NCBI GenBank assembly: GCA_045646545.1
Contig: JAZRKV010000031.1
Location: forward strand, 7,707-71,706
Direction: 5' to 3'
DNA: 64,000 nt
Origin: Acutalibacteraceae bacterium
Lineage (GTDB): Bacteria > Bacillota > Clostridia > Oscillospirales > Acutalibacteraceae
Every line of letters starts with the position of its first letter. The stretch's first letter is position 1. The notes below the pieces were generated by a model. It saw only the letters and a list, made by a program, of their open reading frames with translations, was not told the origin of the DNA and made no database searches. This document shows, in pieces, positions 9,386 through 18,507 of this stretch. A program made the position numbers and the translations under genes.

Positions 9386-10327
9386 TTACCATTCTCTCAT
9401 TATTTCAGGATTCTGGAATATTTCATCAAGCTTTTTTATAAATGGCATTACATCGTTAAATGCGCCTATTCTATGGTCAAACATAAGTGTGATAGGAAGA
9501 ACTTTTTTTGTTCCTAAATCCACTTCGCCTTTATCATTTCTGAAAGCATATTCCACATCTCTTATATTACCCATAGCCATCAAAAACGTCTGTGGAAACA
9601 AAAGAGGTGTATATGTTACATTACCATTAAGGCCTTCATACAAAGGGCCCCAGTTTGTAAGACAAACTGTACCCTCACTGAGTTCTTCCATAAGAAGAAC
9701 GGAGCCATCACGAGGATTACGATAAAAATGGTCTTTAATTTTCGCAACCTTGTGTTTACCAATATACCCTGTTACTGTCTGAGCTATTGTTGGCACAATA
9801 GCACCACTGAGCATAAGTCCAACAGTTCTTTGTGCAATAACCTCAAACATAACCTTATCTATATCTGTCTTTTTAAGGCGTTCAATAAGTTCATCAACTT
9901 GTGCAGAAAGCTCCTGAAGATTTTTTTCTTCTGTTGCTGCAACCTTAAGCGTAAAAGTTTCACCATTCTCAAGAACAACCGGCATAGCAACATCTACGTG
10001 CTTTTTGTAAATGATTGTTCCGCAAGAAGAAGTTGTATTGAATTTAATATGTGCATTCAGCTTAGGTGCAACCTTCAAGCCCTCTACAAGCACTTTCATC
10101 ATAATTGTATTAAAAGATATATGATAACCACAGGTGCTTTTTAAATTCTGAAATTCTTCCCAGAATTTTGTAAGGTCTGCCTCATAATTATAGCCACAGG
10201 TAGGAATATTCTGTTGTGTTTTTGTAAGAACATATCCCGATACTCTGCCTCTTAAACCGAATGGTTTAACCACATCACCTTTTTCGGGTCTGCCTAATGC
10301 TCCGTTTATAAATTTTTTAAAATCCAT
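9386..10327 (-). CDS. 2-oxoacid dehydrogenase E2 / CAT-fold acyltransferase catalytic-domain protein (no lipoyl domain)
   Basis: C-terminal LMFDHRIGAFND resembles the E2 DHRxxDG active-site motif. At 313 aa it is the size of the catalytic domain only. Confidence 0.6.
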   Translation of the reverse strand: MDFKKFINGALGRPEKGDVVKPFGLRGRVSGYVLTKTQQNIPTCGYNYEADLTKFWEEFQNLKSTCGYHISFNTIMMKVLVEGLKVAPKLNAHIKFNTTSSCGTIIYKKHVDVAMPVVLENGETFTLKVAATEEKNLQELSAQVDELIERLKKTDIDKVMFEVIAQRTVGLMLSGAIVPTIAQTVTGYIGKHKVAKIKDHFYRNPRDGSVLLMEELSEGTVCLTNWGPLYEGLNGNVTYTPLLFPQTFLMAMGNIRDVEYAFRNDKGEVDLGTKKVLPITLMFDHRIGAFNDVMPFIKKLDEIFQNPEIMREW

Positions 10328-10329
10328 AA

Positions 10330-10632
10330 TTATTTATCCTTTTTAGCTCCTATTTTATTAAGAACGCTAACAGAAAGAATAATAACGCCGATAACAGCAA
10401 AAACGCCTATCATACCTGTAACAAACCAGAGAAGAGCTGTGCTCATATTTGCTGTTGTAAAGTCGAGTTGGATGCCAGCTGAAGTAGTAGAAACATCAGT
10501 TGCAACTTCTGTTGCTTTAGTAGAAACTTCTGATGCAACTTCTGTAATTGTAGTGGAAACTTCAGAAACTACTTCTGAAACTTTTTCTGTTACAGAAGAT
10601 TCTGCAACTTTGCTTGTAAGAAATCTAAACAT
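10330..10632 (-). CDS. small membrane protein, OadG-like position, Ser/Thr/Glu/Val repeat N-terminus
   Basis: A single C-terminal TM (LLWFVTGMIGVFAVIGVIILSV). N-terminal degenerate repeats EV.SEVST / EVATDVST. The start overlaps the oadB stop (TAATG). Confidence 0.45.
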   Translation of the reverse strand: MFRFLTSKVAESSVTEKVSEVVSEVSTTITEVASEVSTKATEVATDVSTTSAGIQLDFTTANMSTALLWFVTGMIGVFAVIGVIILSVSVLNKIGAKKDK

Positions 10633-11807
10633 TATAAAGCACCTCCGTTATTTGCCATCCATTCCATTGCGAGATTCAAAAGCACGCCACCTGCAATAAC
10701 AGATGCAACTTGTCCTGAAACGTTAACACCTGTTGCATGCATAAGAAGGAAGTTCTGATTATCTGCTTCAAGACCGATTTTATGAACAACACGAGAAGAC
10801 ATCGGGAATGCAGAGATACCAGCAGCACCAATCATTGGATTAAACTTTTTACCTTCAGGAAGGAAGAGGTTAAGGAATTTTGCAAACAATACGCCACCAG
10901 CTGTATCAACGATAAATGCTACAAGACCAAGACCGAGAATAACAAGTGTTTCAACTCTGAGGAAATCTTTTGCATTCATATTAGCGGCAACTGTAATGCC
11001 AAGAAGAATTGTAATAAGGTTTGCAAGAACCTTTTGTGCTGTTTCTGAAAGTGATTCAAGAACACCACATTCTCTTATAAGGTTACCGAACATGAGGAAA
11101 CCAATAAGGATTGCAGATTGAGGTGAAACAACACCTGCAATTACAGTAACAACAATCGGGAAGAGAATTCTTGTTCTCTTTGATACTGTTTTACCTTCGT
11201 ATTTCATACGAATTTTACGTTCTTTTTTAGTTGTAAGCATTTTAATAATTGGTGGTTGCACAACAGGAACAAGAGCCATATATGAATATGCTGCAACCAT
11301 AATTGCACCTTTATAGGCAGATTTCAATTCAGATGCAACGAAAATTGATGTAGGACCGTCTGCTGCACCAATAACAGCAATTGATGCCGCTTCATTAAGT
11401 GGGAATAAGAATGATGCTGCGAACAATGTAAGGAAAATACCTAACTGAGCAGCTGCACCGAAAATCATAAGCTTCGGGTTTGTAAGAACGGGACCGAAGT
11501 CAATCATTGCACCGATACCAATAAACAAGAGCAATGGGAATAACTCGTTAGCAATACCTGCTTCATAAAGAACGTGAATCGCACCTTCTTTGGATATTGC
11601 ACCAACTTCAGCAGCTAACGGAAGGTTAACAATTATCGTACCAAAACCCATAGGTAAAAGAAGTGTTGGCTCCATATCTTTTGCAATAGCAAGATATATA
11701 AGCACGCCGCCAACTACCCACATTATAACCATGGGAATATCAATTTCGGTAACAGATGAAAATACACCAATTATCTGTTCACCTAAACTTTGAAAGAATT
11801 GAACCAT
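10632..11807 (-). CDS. oadB: Na+-transporting decarboxylase beta subunit (OadB/GcdB/MmdB family)
   Basis: Polytopic 391-aa protein with family-typical segments such as FIGIGAMIDFGP and GAADGPTSIF. Confidence 0.85.
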   Translation of the reverse strand: MVQFFQSLGEQIIGVFSSVTEIDIPMVIMWVVGGVLIYLAIAKDMEPTLLLPMGFGTIIVNLPLAAEVGAISKEGAIHVLYEAGIANELFPLLLFIGIGAMIDFGPVLTNPKLMIFGAAAQLGIFLTLFAASFLFPLNEAASIAVIGAADGPTSIFVASELKSAYKGAIMVAAYSYMALVPVVQPPIIKMLTTKKERKIRMKYEGKTVSKRTRILFPIVVTVIAGVVSPQSAILIGFLMFGNLIRECGVLESLSETAQKVLANLITILLGITVAANMNAKDFLRVETLVILGLGLVAFIVDTAGGVLFAKFLNLFLPEGKKFNPMIGAAGISAFPMSSRVVHKIGLEADNQNFLLMHATGVNVSGQVASVIAGGVLLNLAMEWMANNGGAL

Positions 11808-11878
11808 ATTTTTACCTCTTTCTTTTTTGTTTGACTTTGTAAACGTCTTATGTTAACATTTTTCGGTGAGGTGATGAT

Positions 11879-12424
11879 ATGAAGAAAAGCAAAAAAGCAA
11901 ATCTTAAAGATTATATTCTTATTTCTCTTTTTTCTGCAATAATCGCAGTTTCTTCTTTTATATACATTCCCTCGCCTGTACCCTTTACATTGCAAACTCT
12001 TGCAATTTTCTGTACCCTCACCATTCTTGGTGGAAAAAAAGGTGTTATCTCAATTATTCTTTACATTTTTTTAGGAATAATCGGTTTACCTGTTTTTTCC
12101 GGTTTTTCAGGTGGAATAGGTCACCTTGCAGGTGCAACCGGTGGATACATTACCGGCTTTATATTGTTAGCTTTGGTTTATATGCTCATTACACATAAAA
12201 ACCAACACAACATAAAATTTCAAACCATTGGTCTGATTTTAGGACTGACTGTCTGTTATACCTTTGGTACCTTCTGGTACTGTGCAGTTTACCTGGGCAA
12301 TCATTCTATACAGACCTTTGCTTCATCCTTAGCTTTATGTGTTTTTCCCTTTGTGATTCCCGATGCAATAAAACTTACACTCGCAATTCTGATAAAGAAA
12401 AAATTATCACATATCAAGGAATAA
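11879..12424 (+). CDS. bioY: biotin transporter BioY
   Basis: TLQTLAIF..LGGKKG..GLPVFSGFSGGIGHLAGATGGYITGF is typical of BioY. Confidence 0.85.
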   Translation: MKKSKKANLKDYILISLFSAIIAVSSFIYIPSPVPFTLQTLAIFCTLTILGGKKGVISIILYIFLGIIGLPVFSGFSGGIGHLAGATGGYITGFILLALVYMLITHKNQHNIKFQTIGLILGLTVCYTFGTFWYCAVYLGNHSIQTFASSLALCVFPFVIPDAIKLTLAILIKKKLSHIKE

Positions 12425-12429
12425 TCCAC

Positions 12430-12456
12430 GCTCTCCTTTCGGAGAGCTATTTTTTT
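12430..12456. terminator. terminator hairpin between convergent genes
   Basis: GCTCTCC-TTTC-GGAGAGC followed by a T-run. Confidence 0.7.
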
Positions 12457-14923
12457 ATTTTACAATACCTTCAAGGAAATTGATTTCCCTTACCTTAGTA
12501 TCTCTGTCTACTCTGAATGTTTTGATTTCGTGCTTTTTAATATCAAACCAGAAACCATTATCAAAAAGCTTAGACATAAGGTAACCCTTGGAATCTTCAA
12601 TTCCCTTTGTTTCATAAAGTCTTATGATAAGGTCACCTGAGCCATCTTCGCAACGTTTAAGAGCAGTAATCTGAATATTATCAAGGTTAGTATAAATGAA
12701 ACAATCTTTTTGAGGAAGTTCACCTTTATGATAACTTTCAGGGATTGCAACAACATTGTTATTGAAAATATGTGCCTCTTTAACAACATCACTTGCTTCT
12801 GCTTCGCCACCGTGAAGATAAATACCGTAAGAAAAACGGTTAAGGCCTTCATCTGTAAAGTTGAAGTCTGCCGCCGGTCTGTCCGAATAATGGTCTGCGA
12901 AAATTACGTTGCGAAGTGCAGTAAGTCTGAGCTCTGCACCAGGGCAATCATAACTGTATTTCGAATCACTCATAACAGAAAGACCGATTCTCTTACCATT
13001 CTTTGTAACTGTAAGGTCTGCCCAATTAAGTGCAGGCTCTTCGTCACCATCGCAAGGTCTTTTTATGAAACCGCAAGGAATTTCATATGTACTGATTTCT
13101 TCCTGACCGCCAACAGGGAAAGCAAATTTGAGCATTGTGAACTTTTCTTGCCACATTGCTTTGCAATTAACCTTAAGTGTTTTCTGGCTTTTTGCAAGAA
13201 TAAATTCTTGTGTAAGGTAAGAATCGTTAAATTTATGTTTTGTGCGGATTACAGAGCGTAATGCACCGCTTTCAACACGTTCAATACTTACAAGTTCCAT
13301 TAAACCTTTTACTTTATGGAACTTAAATACTTTGTGTGCCCATGTATCTGTATCTTCATCATCAATTACAGTAGGAATTGCAAGGAAATTTTCACTTGCT
13401 AAATCTTCACCTGTAACTTTATCCACAAGTTTTTTAATGTAACCTGTCTGTGCATCTAATTCAACTGCGATGAATTCGTTTTCCATATAGAAATCATTTT
13501 CACCGCTTAATGTTTTAGATGCTGTTGCTTCACCGTCTTTTTCGAGCCAATAAGTGTTATAGCCGAATGGCGGAACCTTTGCAAGGAATACAGTATCAAG
13601 ATGGTCATCGTTAGAACGAGATGAACGAACATTCTGGAATGCAACCTCGTTGCCTTCACTGTCTGTAACGCTTTTTGACGGATGATAAGTTGATACAGGA
13701 ATTTCCACTTCGTAAGAATGAGGGTTAAACACAACAACAGGTCTTGGGAAACCGTTGTCGTAACCTGAATAATGACGTTCTGACTGTTTTGGGTCACTTA
13801 CACCCTCTACCCATGTATCAATATTTCTTGCAATTCTGAGAACTGAATTATTGTATGTTTCAGATGCAATATTCAAAGCGTAGCCTTGTGATTCCTTAAC
13901 ATCTTCGTAACTTTCCATAATTGAGCAACCGCAAAGAATATCATGGAACTGATTAAAGCAAACCTTTTTCCAAGCATCCTTATATTTTTCGGTTGATGGT
14001 TTTGAGCCTGTTACAATAGATGAAATTGTATCCCATTTTTCAGCAGAAGCAAGCGCATTTTCTGCTTTACGGTTAAGTGCCTTAACAAGAGATGTTGCAC
14101 TGTAACAACCACTTGCATGGTGTTGAAGCTCATCTTTCCATGTTGGAATATCAAGGAAATCATTATACAAATCTTCAAAATAGTCTTCAGGAGAAGAGAA
14201 TTCCAAATCGTTGAATCCCTCTTTTTCGAGATTAGCCTTAAGATATTCAATATCTGCCTTTGTAGGACCGCCGCCGTGGTTACCTACACCGTAGAACATC
14301 ATCATTCCGTGGCCGGTTTCTTCAACACGGTTGTTAATTTCTTCAAGTTTCCAATCAATATCCTCTTTACCGTGAGCAACGTAGCCTGTTGGTGTTCTGT
14401 ATGTAAGAACACGAGAACCGTCTGCACTGTCCCACCAGAAAAGATTTTCAGGAATCTCACTGTTTTCGGATTTATCAGGACGTTGCATTACGTATGAATA
14501 CATCCCTGATTTGTTAAGAAGTTGAGGCATCATGGCATTGTGACCGAAAGAGTCTACATTATAACCAACACTACAAGTGATGCCGAATTTTTCATAGTAA
14601 TAAAGCTGACTGTAAAGAGCCTGACGAGCAAAACTTTCGCCTGATGGCATATTGCAATCTGGTTGTACCCACCAACCATTAACGGGTACCCATCTGCCTT
14701 TTTTTACCATTGCTTTAATTTCTTCAAACATCTGAGGGTCAATTTGTTCAACCCATTCGTAATATGCTGCAGAAGAGCAAGTGAAAACAAAATCGTTATA
14801 CTCATTCAATCTGTCTAATGCACTTCTGAATGTCTGAAGTACTTCACCGCAACCTTCCTGCCAACGCCAGAGCCAGATTGGGTCAAGGTGAGCATTGCCG
14901 ATAAGCTTGATTGACTTTGACAT
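12455..14923 (-). CDS. GH38 alpha-mannosidase
   Basis: N-terminal NAHLDPIWLWRWQEG and overall GH38 architecture, 822 aa. Confidence 0.85.
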   Translation of the reverse strand: MSKSIKLIGNAHLDPIWLWRWQEGCGEVLQTFRSALDRLNEYNDFVFTCSSAAYYEWVEQIDPQMFEEIKAMVKKGRWVPVNGWWVQPDCNMPSGESFARQALYSQLYYYEKFGITCSVGYNVDSFGHNAMMPQLLNKSGMYSYVMQRPDKSENSEIPENLFWWDSADGSRVLTYRTPTGYVAHGKEDIDWKLEEINNRVEETGHGMMMFYGVGNHGGGPTKADIEYLKANLEKEGFNDLEFSSPEDYFEDLYNDFLDIPTWKDELQHHASGCYSATSLVKALNRKAENALASAEKWDTISSIVTGSKPSTEKYKDAWKKVCFNQFHDILCGCSIMESYEDVKESQGYALNIASETYNNSVLRIARNIDTWVEGVSDPKQSERHYSGYDNGFPRPVVVFNPHSYEVEIPVSTYHPSKSVTDSEGNEVAFQNVRSSRSNDDHLDTVFLAKVPPFGYNTYWLEKDGEATASKTLSGENDFYMENEFIAVELDAQTGYIKKLVDKVTGEDLASENFLAIPTVIDDEDTDTWAHKVFKFHKVKGLMELVSIERVESGALRSVIRTKHKFNDSYLTQEFILAKSQKTLKVNCKAMWQEKFTMLKFAFPVGGQEEISTYEIPCGFIKRPCDGDEEPALNWADLTVTKNGKRIGLSVMSDSKYSYDCPGAELRLTALRNVIFADHYSDRPAADFNFTDEGLNRFSYGIYLHGGEAEASDVVKEAHIFNNNVVAIPESYHKGELPQKDCFIYTNLDNIQITALKRCEDGSGDLIIRLYETKGIEDSKGYLMSKLFDNGFWFDIKKHEIKTFRVDRDTKVREINFLEGIVK

Positions 14924-16719
14924 TATATTTCACCCTCCTCAATAAAGTTAAAGTATCTGCCTAACCAGTAAGCAAATGTATATGGATAGCAACCTTCTAC
15001 ACAAGAAGCACCGCCACTGTCTTCATCTTTGAATTCAAGAGGGTTTCTATCATACTTTGCAATAAAGTGTTCATCATTAGGAAGAAGGCAGGATGTTTCT
15101 TTGTATCCGCCCATAAGCTCCTTCTGAGGAATATCTCTACGACTTGTAAGTGAAACCTTTGCAGCAAGACGTGATACGTTGAAACGATAGAACCAGGTTC
15201 TTACCTTTTCTGCATCAGGCTTCGCATTTTCAGGGTCACTTAAGAAATATGGGAAATCGTAACCAGGATTATATTCAGGAGCAAGTGAATAGCGCCAGCT
15301 TTGGAAAGCAGCTCTGTATTTTTTAAGAAGCTCCTCATCTTTTTCAAGAGTGCAAAGGCCCCAAAGTGAAAGCACAGCCAACATATGGTCGCCATACATA
15401 ATCTCTTCTCTGTCTTCAACGCCGCCCTGTATACTTACGTGATGGAAACGGTCGAAATGCTTATATGTTAAATCTGCATACCCTTTTTCAACAAGTTCAT
15501 CGTGAGTTTTGCGGAAAACACCTTGTTCACCTGTAATATGCATTGTAACATTAAGGTACATAAGCATCTGACCTGCATTAAGGCAAGCATCTGCCCAACC
15601 CATAGGACTGTTGAAATATTCAAGGTTCCACTTTGCCCATGTTGTGTATTCACCATTTGCCTCGCGAAGAGCAAAGTTATTGGAAATCATATGCATCATT
15701 GTATTTTTTGCTGCAGTTTTAAGAAGCTCATCGTATTCAGGGTCTTCTCTGCCCAAAAATTCGTGAGCAACAAGAAGATGCATATAGTGATGTGTAATTT
15801 CGTCACTACTTGTATCACCTTTATATGTGATATCTGTATCCTCGTTGCCTTTTTCTGCATAGTATTTACGGAGTCTTTCAGGAATTGGAGCATCCGCCTT
15901 AACCTCAAGACCTACAATACCTTTTTTACGAGAGTCTGTTGTGTTGATGCAGTATGCAGTTGCACCATTCTTTTTATAAAAAAGTCCATCATCCGGCACA
16001 GGCTCATCTTTTGTGTGGTAACTTCTTGCAACAAAGCCGTCACCTCTACCTGAAATATACATAAGAAGAAGGTTAGCTTCACTTGCTCTTGTTGCACTTT
16101 CTCTTGCTTCAATTGTTCTTTCGTGGTATTCGCCTAACTCTCTTTTAAGAGTTGCATAACGGAAAATTTCACCCATAGCATGTGCAGAAGAGAAACTACC
16201 GTCGTTATCGCTACTACCGTATGGAAGAATTGAGTCAAGGTTACCTGCCTCTGAAAGATATTTCTGGCTGTACATTCCGTGACGGGCAACATACTTGTGA
16301 GATTCTTCAAGAAGACGCTCTGCCTTTTCTTCCATTGACATAAGCTCCATACTGATATGTGTTGCACCATTATCAGTACATACCCACACACCGTTTTTAC
16401 CGTCAGATACAATTGCAGAAACGTTGTTGTCAAGCAAATCTCTATGTGCACTGAAATGCATTACCACATCAGAAAGACTTTCTGCCTCAGGATTGTAACG
16501 TGTAACACCTCCGTTTGAGCCGTACCACATTACACCGTCTGCACTCTGACAAAAACAAGTATAATCTTTCTTGCGTTGAGGAAGCGGAAACGGAAAATCT
16601 GACAAGTCAGGCTTTTGCGCTTTGCTTTCAAGCAATGATTTAGGCACTTCAATATCATATTTTTTAAAGTGACTTACTACCCTTGTAAGCTGAGGGTAAA
16701 GTTTGATTGCTTCAGACAT
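14923..16719 (-). CDS. hypothetical protein translationally coupled to the GH38 gene
   Basis: 598-aa ORF whose stop overlaps the GH38 ATG (TAATG). A short N-terminal propeller-like repeat (MWYGSNGGVTRYNP) is present. I cannot name a family. Confidence 0.6.
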   Translation of the reverse strand: MSEAIKLYPQLTRVVSHFKKYDIEVPKSLLESKAQKPDLSDFPFPLPQRKKDYTCFCQSADGVMWYGSNGGVTRYNPEAESLSDVVMHFSAHRDLLDNNVSAIVSDGKNGVWVCTDNGATHISMELMSMEEKAERLLEESHKYVARHGMYSQKYLSEAGNLDSILPYGSSDNDGSFSSAHAMGEIFRYATLKRELGEYHERTIEARESATRASEANLLLMYISGRGDGFVARSYHTKDEPVPDDGLFYKKNGATAYCINTTDSRKKGIVGLEVKADAPIPERLRKYYAEKGNEDTDITYKGDTSSDEITHHYMHLLVAHEFLGREDPEYDELLKTAAKNTMMHMISNNFALREANGEYTTWAKWNLEYFNSPMGWADACLNAGQMLMYLNVTMHITGEQGVFRKTHDELVEKGYADLTYKHFDRFHHVSIQGGVEDREEIMYGDHMLAVLSLWGLCTLEKDEELLKKYRAAFQSWRYSLAPEYNPGYDFPYFLSDPENAKPDAEKVRTWFYRFNVSRLAAKVSLTSRRDIPQKELMGGYKETSCLLPNDEHFIAKYDRNPLEFKDEDSGGASCVEGCYPYTFAYWLGRYFNFIEEGEI

Positions 16720-16858
16720 TTTTAAACTCCTTTACAAGTTTTTCAATTACATATTAAATATAACCCAATTTTTGACATATACATTTTACCAAAAACAATT
16801 GCAAACTGCAACACATAAATAAAATATTTTAAATATTCTATTTTTTTATAAATAAGTG

Positions 16859-16887
16859 TTGGAATATTCAAAAAATAGTGGTATACT
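16859..16887 (+). promoter_or_regulatory. sigma-A type promoter (TTGGAA-17-TATACT)
   Basis: Hexamers at 16859-16864 and 16882-16887, about 35 nt upstream of ATG 16924. Confidence 0.5.
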
Positions 16888-16923
16888 GTCTTATATATGT
16901 TGCAATCAATTACCGAAAGGAAA

Positions 16924-18189
16924 ATGCAAATGAACACATCAGTTTTTGAAAAGTACGAATCCGAAGTACGTTCTTACTGCCGTAATTTCCCTGCCGTTTT
17001 CACAAAAGCTAAGGACTCAATTATTTACGCAGAAGACGGAAAAGAATATATAGATTTTTTCTGTGGTGCAGGTGCACTCAACTACGGTCACAATAATGAC
17101 TATATCAAGAAAGAAATCATCAATTATCTTGAAAACGACGGAATTATCCATTCCCTTGATATGTTCACCGGTGCAAAAAGAGATTTTATAGAATTTTTCC
17201 AAGAAAAAATTCTTATTCCACGTGGTTTTGATTATAAAATTCAATTCCCGGGCCCTACAGGAACAAACGCAGTTGAAGCTGCTTTAAAGCTTGCAAGAAA
17301 GGTTAAGAAAAGAAATAATATCTTTGCATTTATGGGTGCATTCCATGGTATGACTCTTGGTTCTCTTTCAATGACTACCGACAAGGATTCACGAGAAGGT
17401 GCAGGCGTTGTACTTACAGACGTTACACATATCCCTACTCCTTATATGTTCCCTGATTTTGATGTTCTTAACTATATGCAGACTCTTATCGACGATGACC
17501 ATTCAGGCATCTCAAAACCTGCGGCAGTATTTATTGAACCTGTACAAGCAGATGGTGGTATACACGTTTTCAGTAAAGAATTTTTACAGGGCTTAAGAGA
17601 TTTCTGCACAAGGAACGATATTCTTCTTGTTTGCGACGATATTCAGGTAGGCTCTGCAAGAACAGGCTACTATTTCTCCTTTGAAAGAGCAGGTATCACA
17701 CCTGATATTGTTACACTTTCAAAATCCATAGGCGGTTACGGTATGCCATTTGCCCTTGTTCTTTTCAAGCCTGAGCTTGACGTATGGAAACCGGGCGAAC
17801 ATAACGGTACCTTCAGAGGTAGCCAACTTTCAATAATTGCCGCAAAAGCAGGCTTACAGCTTATGCTTGACGAAAAAGTAGAAGAAAAAGTTCAACGTCA
17901 AAGTGCACTTATCAAAGAATATCTTGATAAAGTAAGCGCTATGCACGATGGCTTTGATGTACGTGGTATCGGCTTTATGTGGGGCGTTGACTGTAACAAA
18001 GTTAAACCTGACGCTGTTTCCCGTGCTATAGTAAAAACTTGCTTTGAAAACGGTCTTATTGTTGAAAGAGCAGGCAGAAACAATGATGTTGTTAAGCTTA
18101 TGCCTTGCCTTCTAACAGATGAAGATACTCTTAAAAAAGGTTTGCAGATTTTTGTTGATGCAGTTAAAACTGTTTGCGACAATCTTTAA
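16924..18189 (+). CDS. diaminobutyrate--2-oxoglutarate transaminase (EctB/Dat family)
   Basis: VFEKYESEVRSYCRNFPAVF..GAGALNYGHNN is typical of the DABA aminotransferase N-terminus. RBS GAAAGGAAA precedes the ATG. The track ORF starts at 16897. Confidence 0.8.
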   Translation: MQMNTSVFEKYESEVRSYCRNFPAVFTKAKDSIIYAEDGKEYIDFFCGAGALNYGHNNDYIKKEIINYLENDGIIHSLDMFTGAKRDFIEFFQEKILIPRGFDYKIQFPGPTGTNAVEAALKLARKVKKRNNIFAFMGAFHGMTLGSLSMTTDKDSREGAGVVLTDVTHIPTPYMFPDFDVLNYMQTLIDDDHSGISKPAAVFIEPVQADGGIHVFSKEFLQGLRDFCTRNDILLVCDDIQVGSARTGYYFSFERAGITPDIVTLSKSIGGYGMPFALVLFKPELDVWKPGEHNGTFRGSQLSIIAAKAGLQLMLDEKVEEKVQRQSALIKEYLDKVSAMHDGFDVRGIGFMWGVDCNKVKPDAVSRAIVKTCFENGLIVERAGRNNDVVKLMPCLLTDEDTLKKGLQIFVDAVKTVCDNL

Positions 18190-18198
18190 TAAAAAACA

Positions 18199-18238
18199 TA
18201 AAATCTCCGTGCAACGATTGTTGTACGGAGATTTTTGT
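18199..18238 (+). terminator. rho-independent terminator
   Basis: AAATCTCCGT..ACGGAGATTT stem followed by a T-run. Confidence 0.75.
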
Positions 18239-18398
18239 TGGTAAATTTTCACACCATTAGTGTCGGGGTGTTGATTTTGTAAATTTAAAATTCAAAATTA
18301 AAAATTCAAAATTTCGGGGCTTCGCCGTTATTATAACGCTATCGCAATAAATTAATTGTTTGCGAAACTCTGGTGGCTGGCAACTGGCTACCTGTCAG

Positions 18399-18477
18399 GT
18401 GAAGTTTTTGGCGTTGCCAAAAGTGAAGTTGTAATAAATCACAGTGAAGTTTTACACCTACGGCGTAAAGTGAAGTT
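18399..18477. repeat. four direct GTGAAGTT copies separated by short hairpins
   Basis: Copies at 18399, 18423, 18444 and 18470. Intervening hairpins include TTTTGGC/GCCAAAA and TTTAC/GTAAA, and AAGTTTGC/GCAAACTT follows. Confidence 0.6.
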
Positions 18478-18507
18478 AAGTTTGCTAATATCACTTGCGA
18501 AGCAAAC

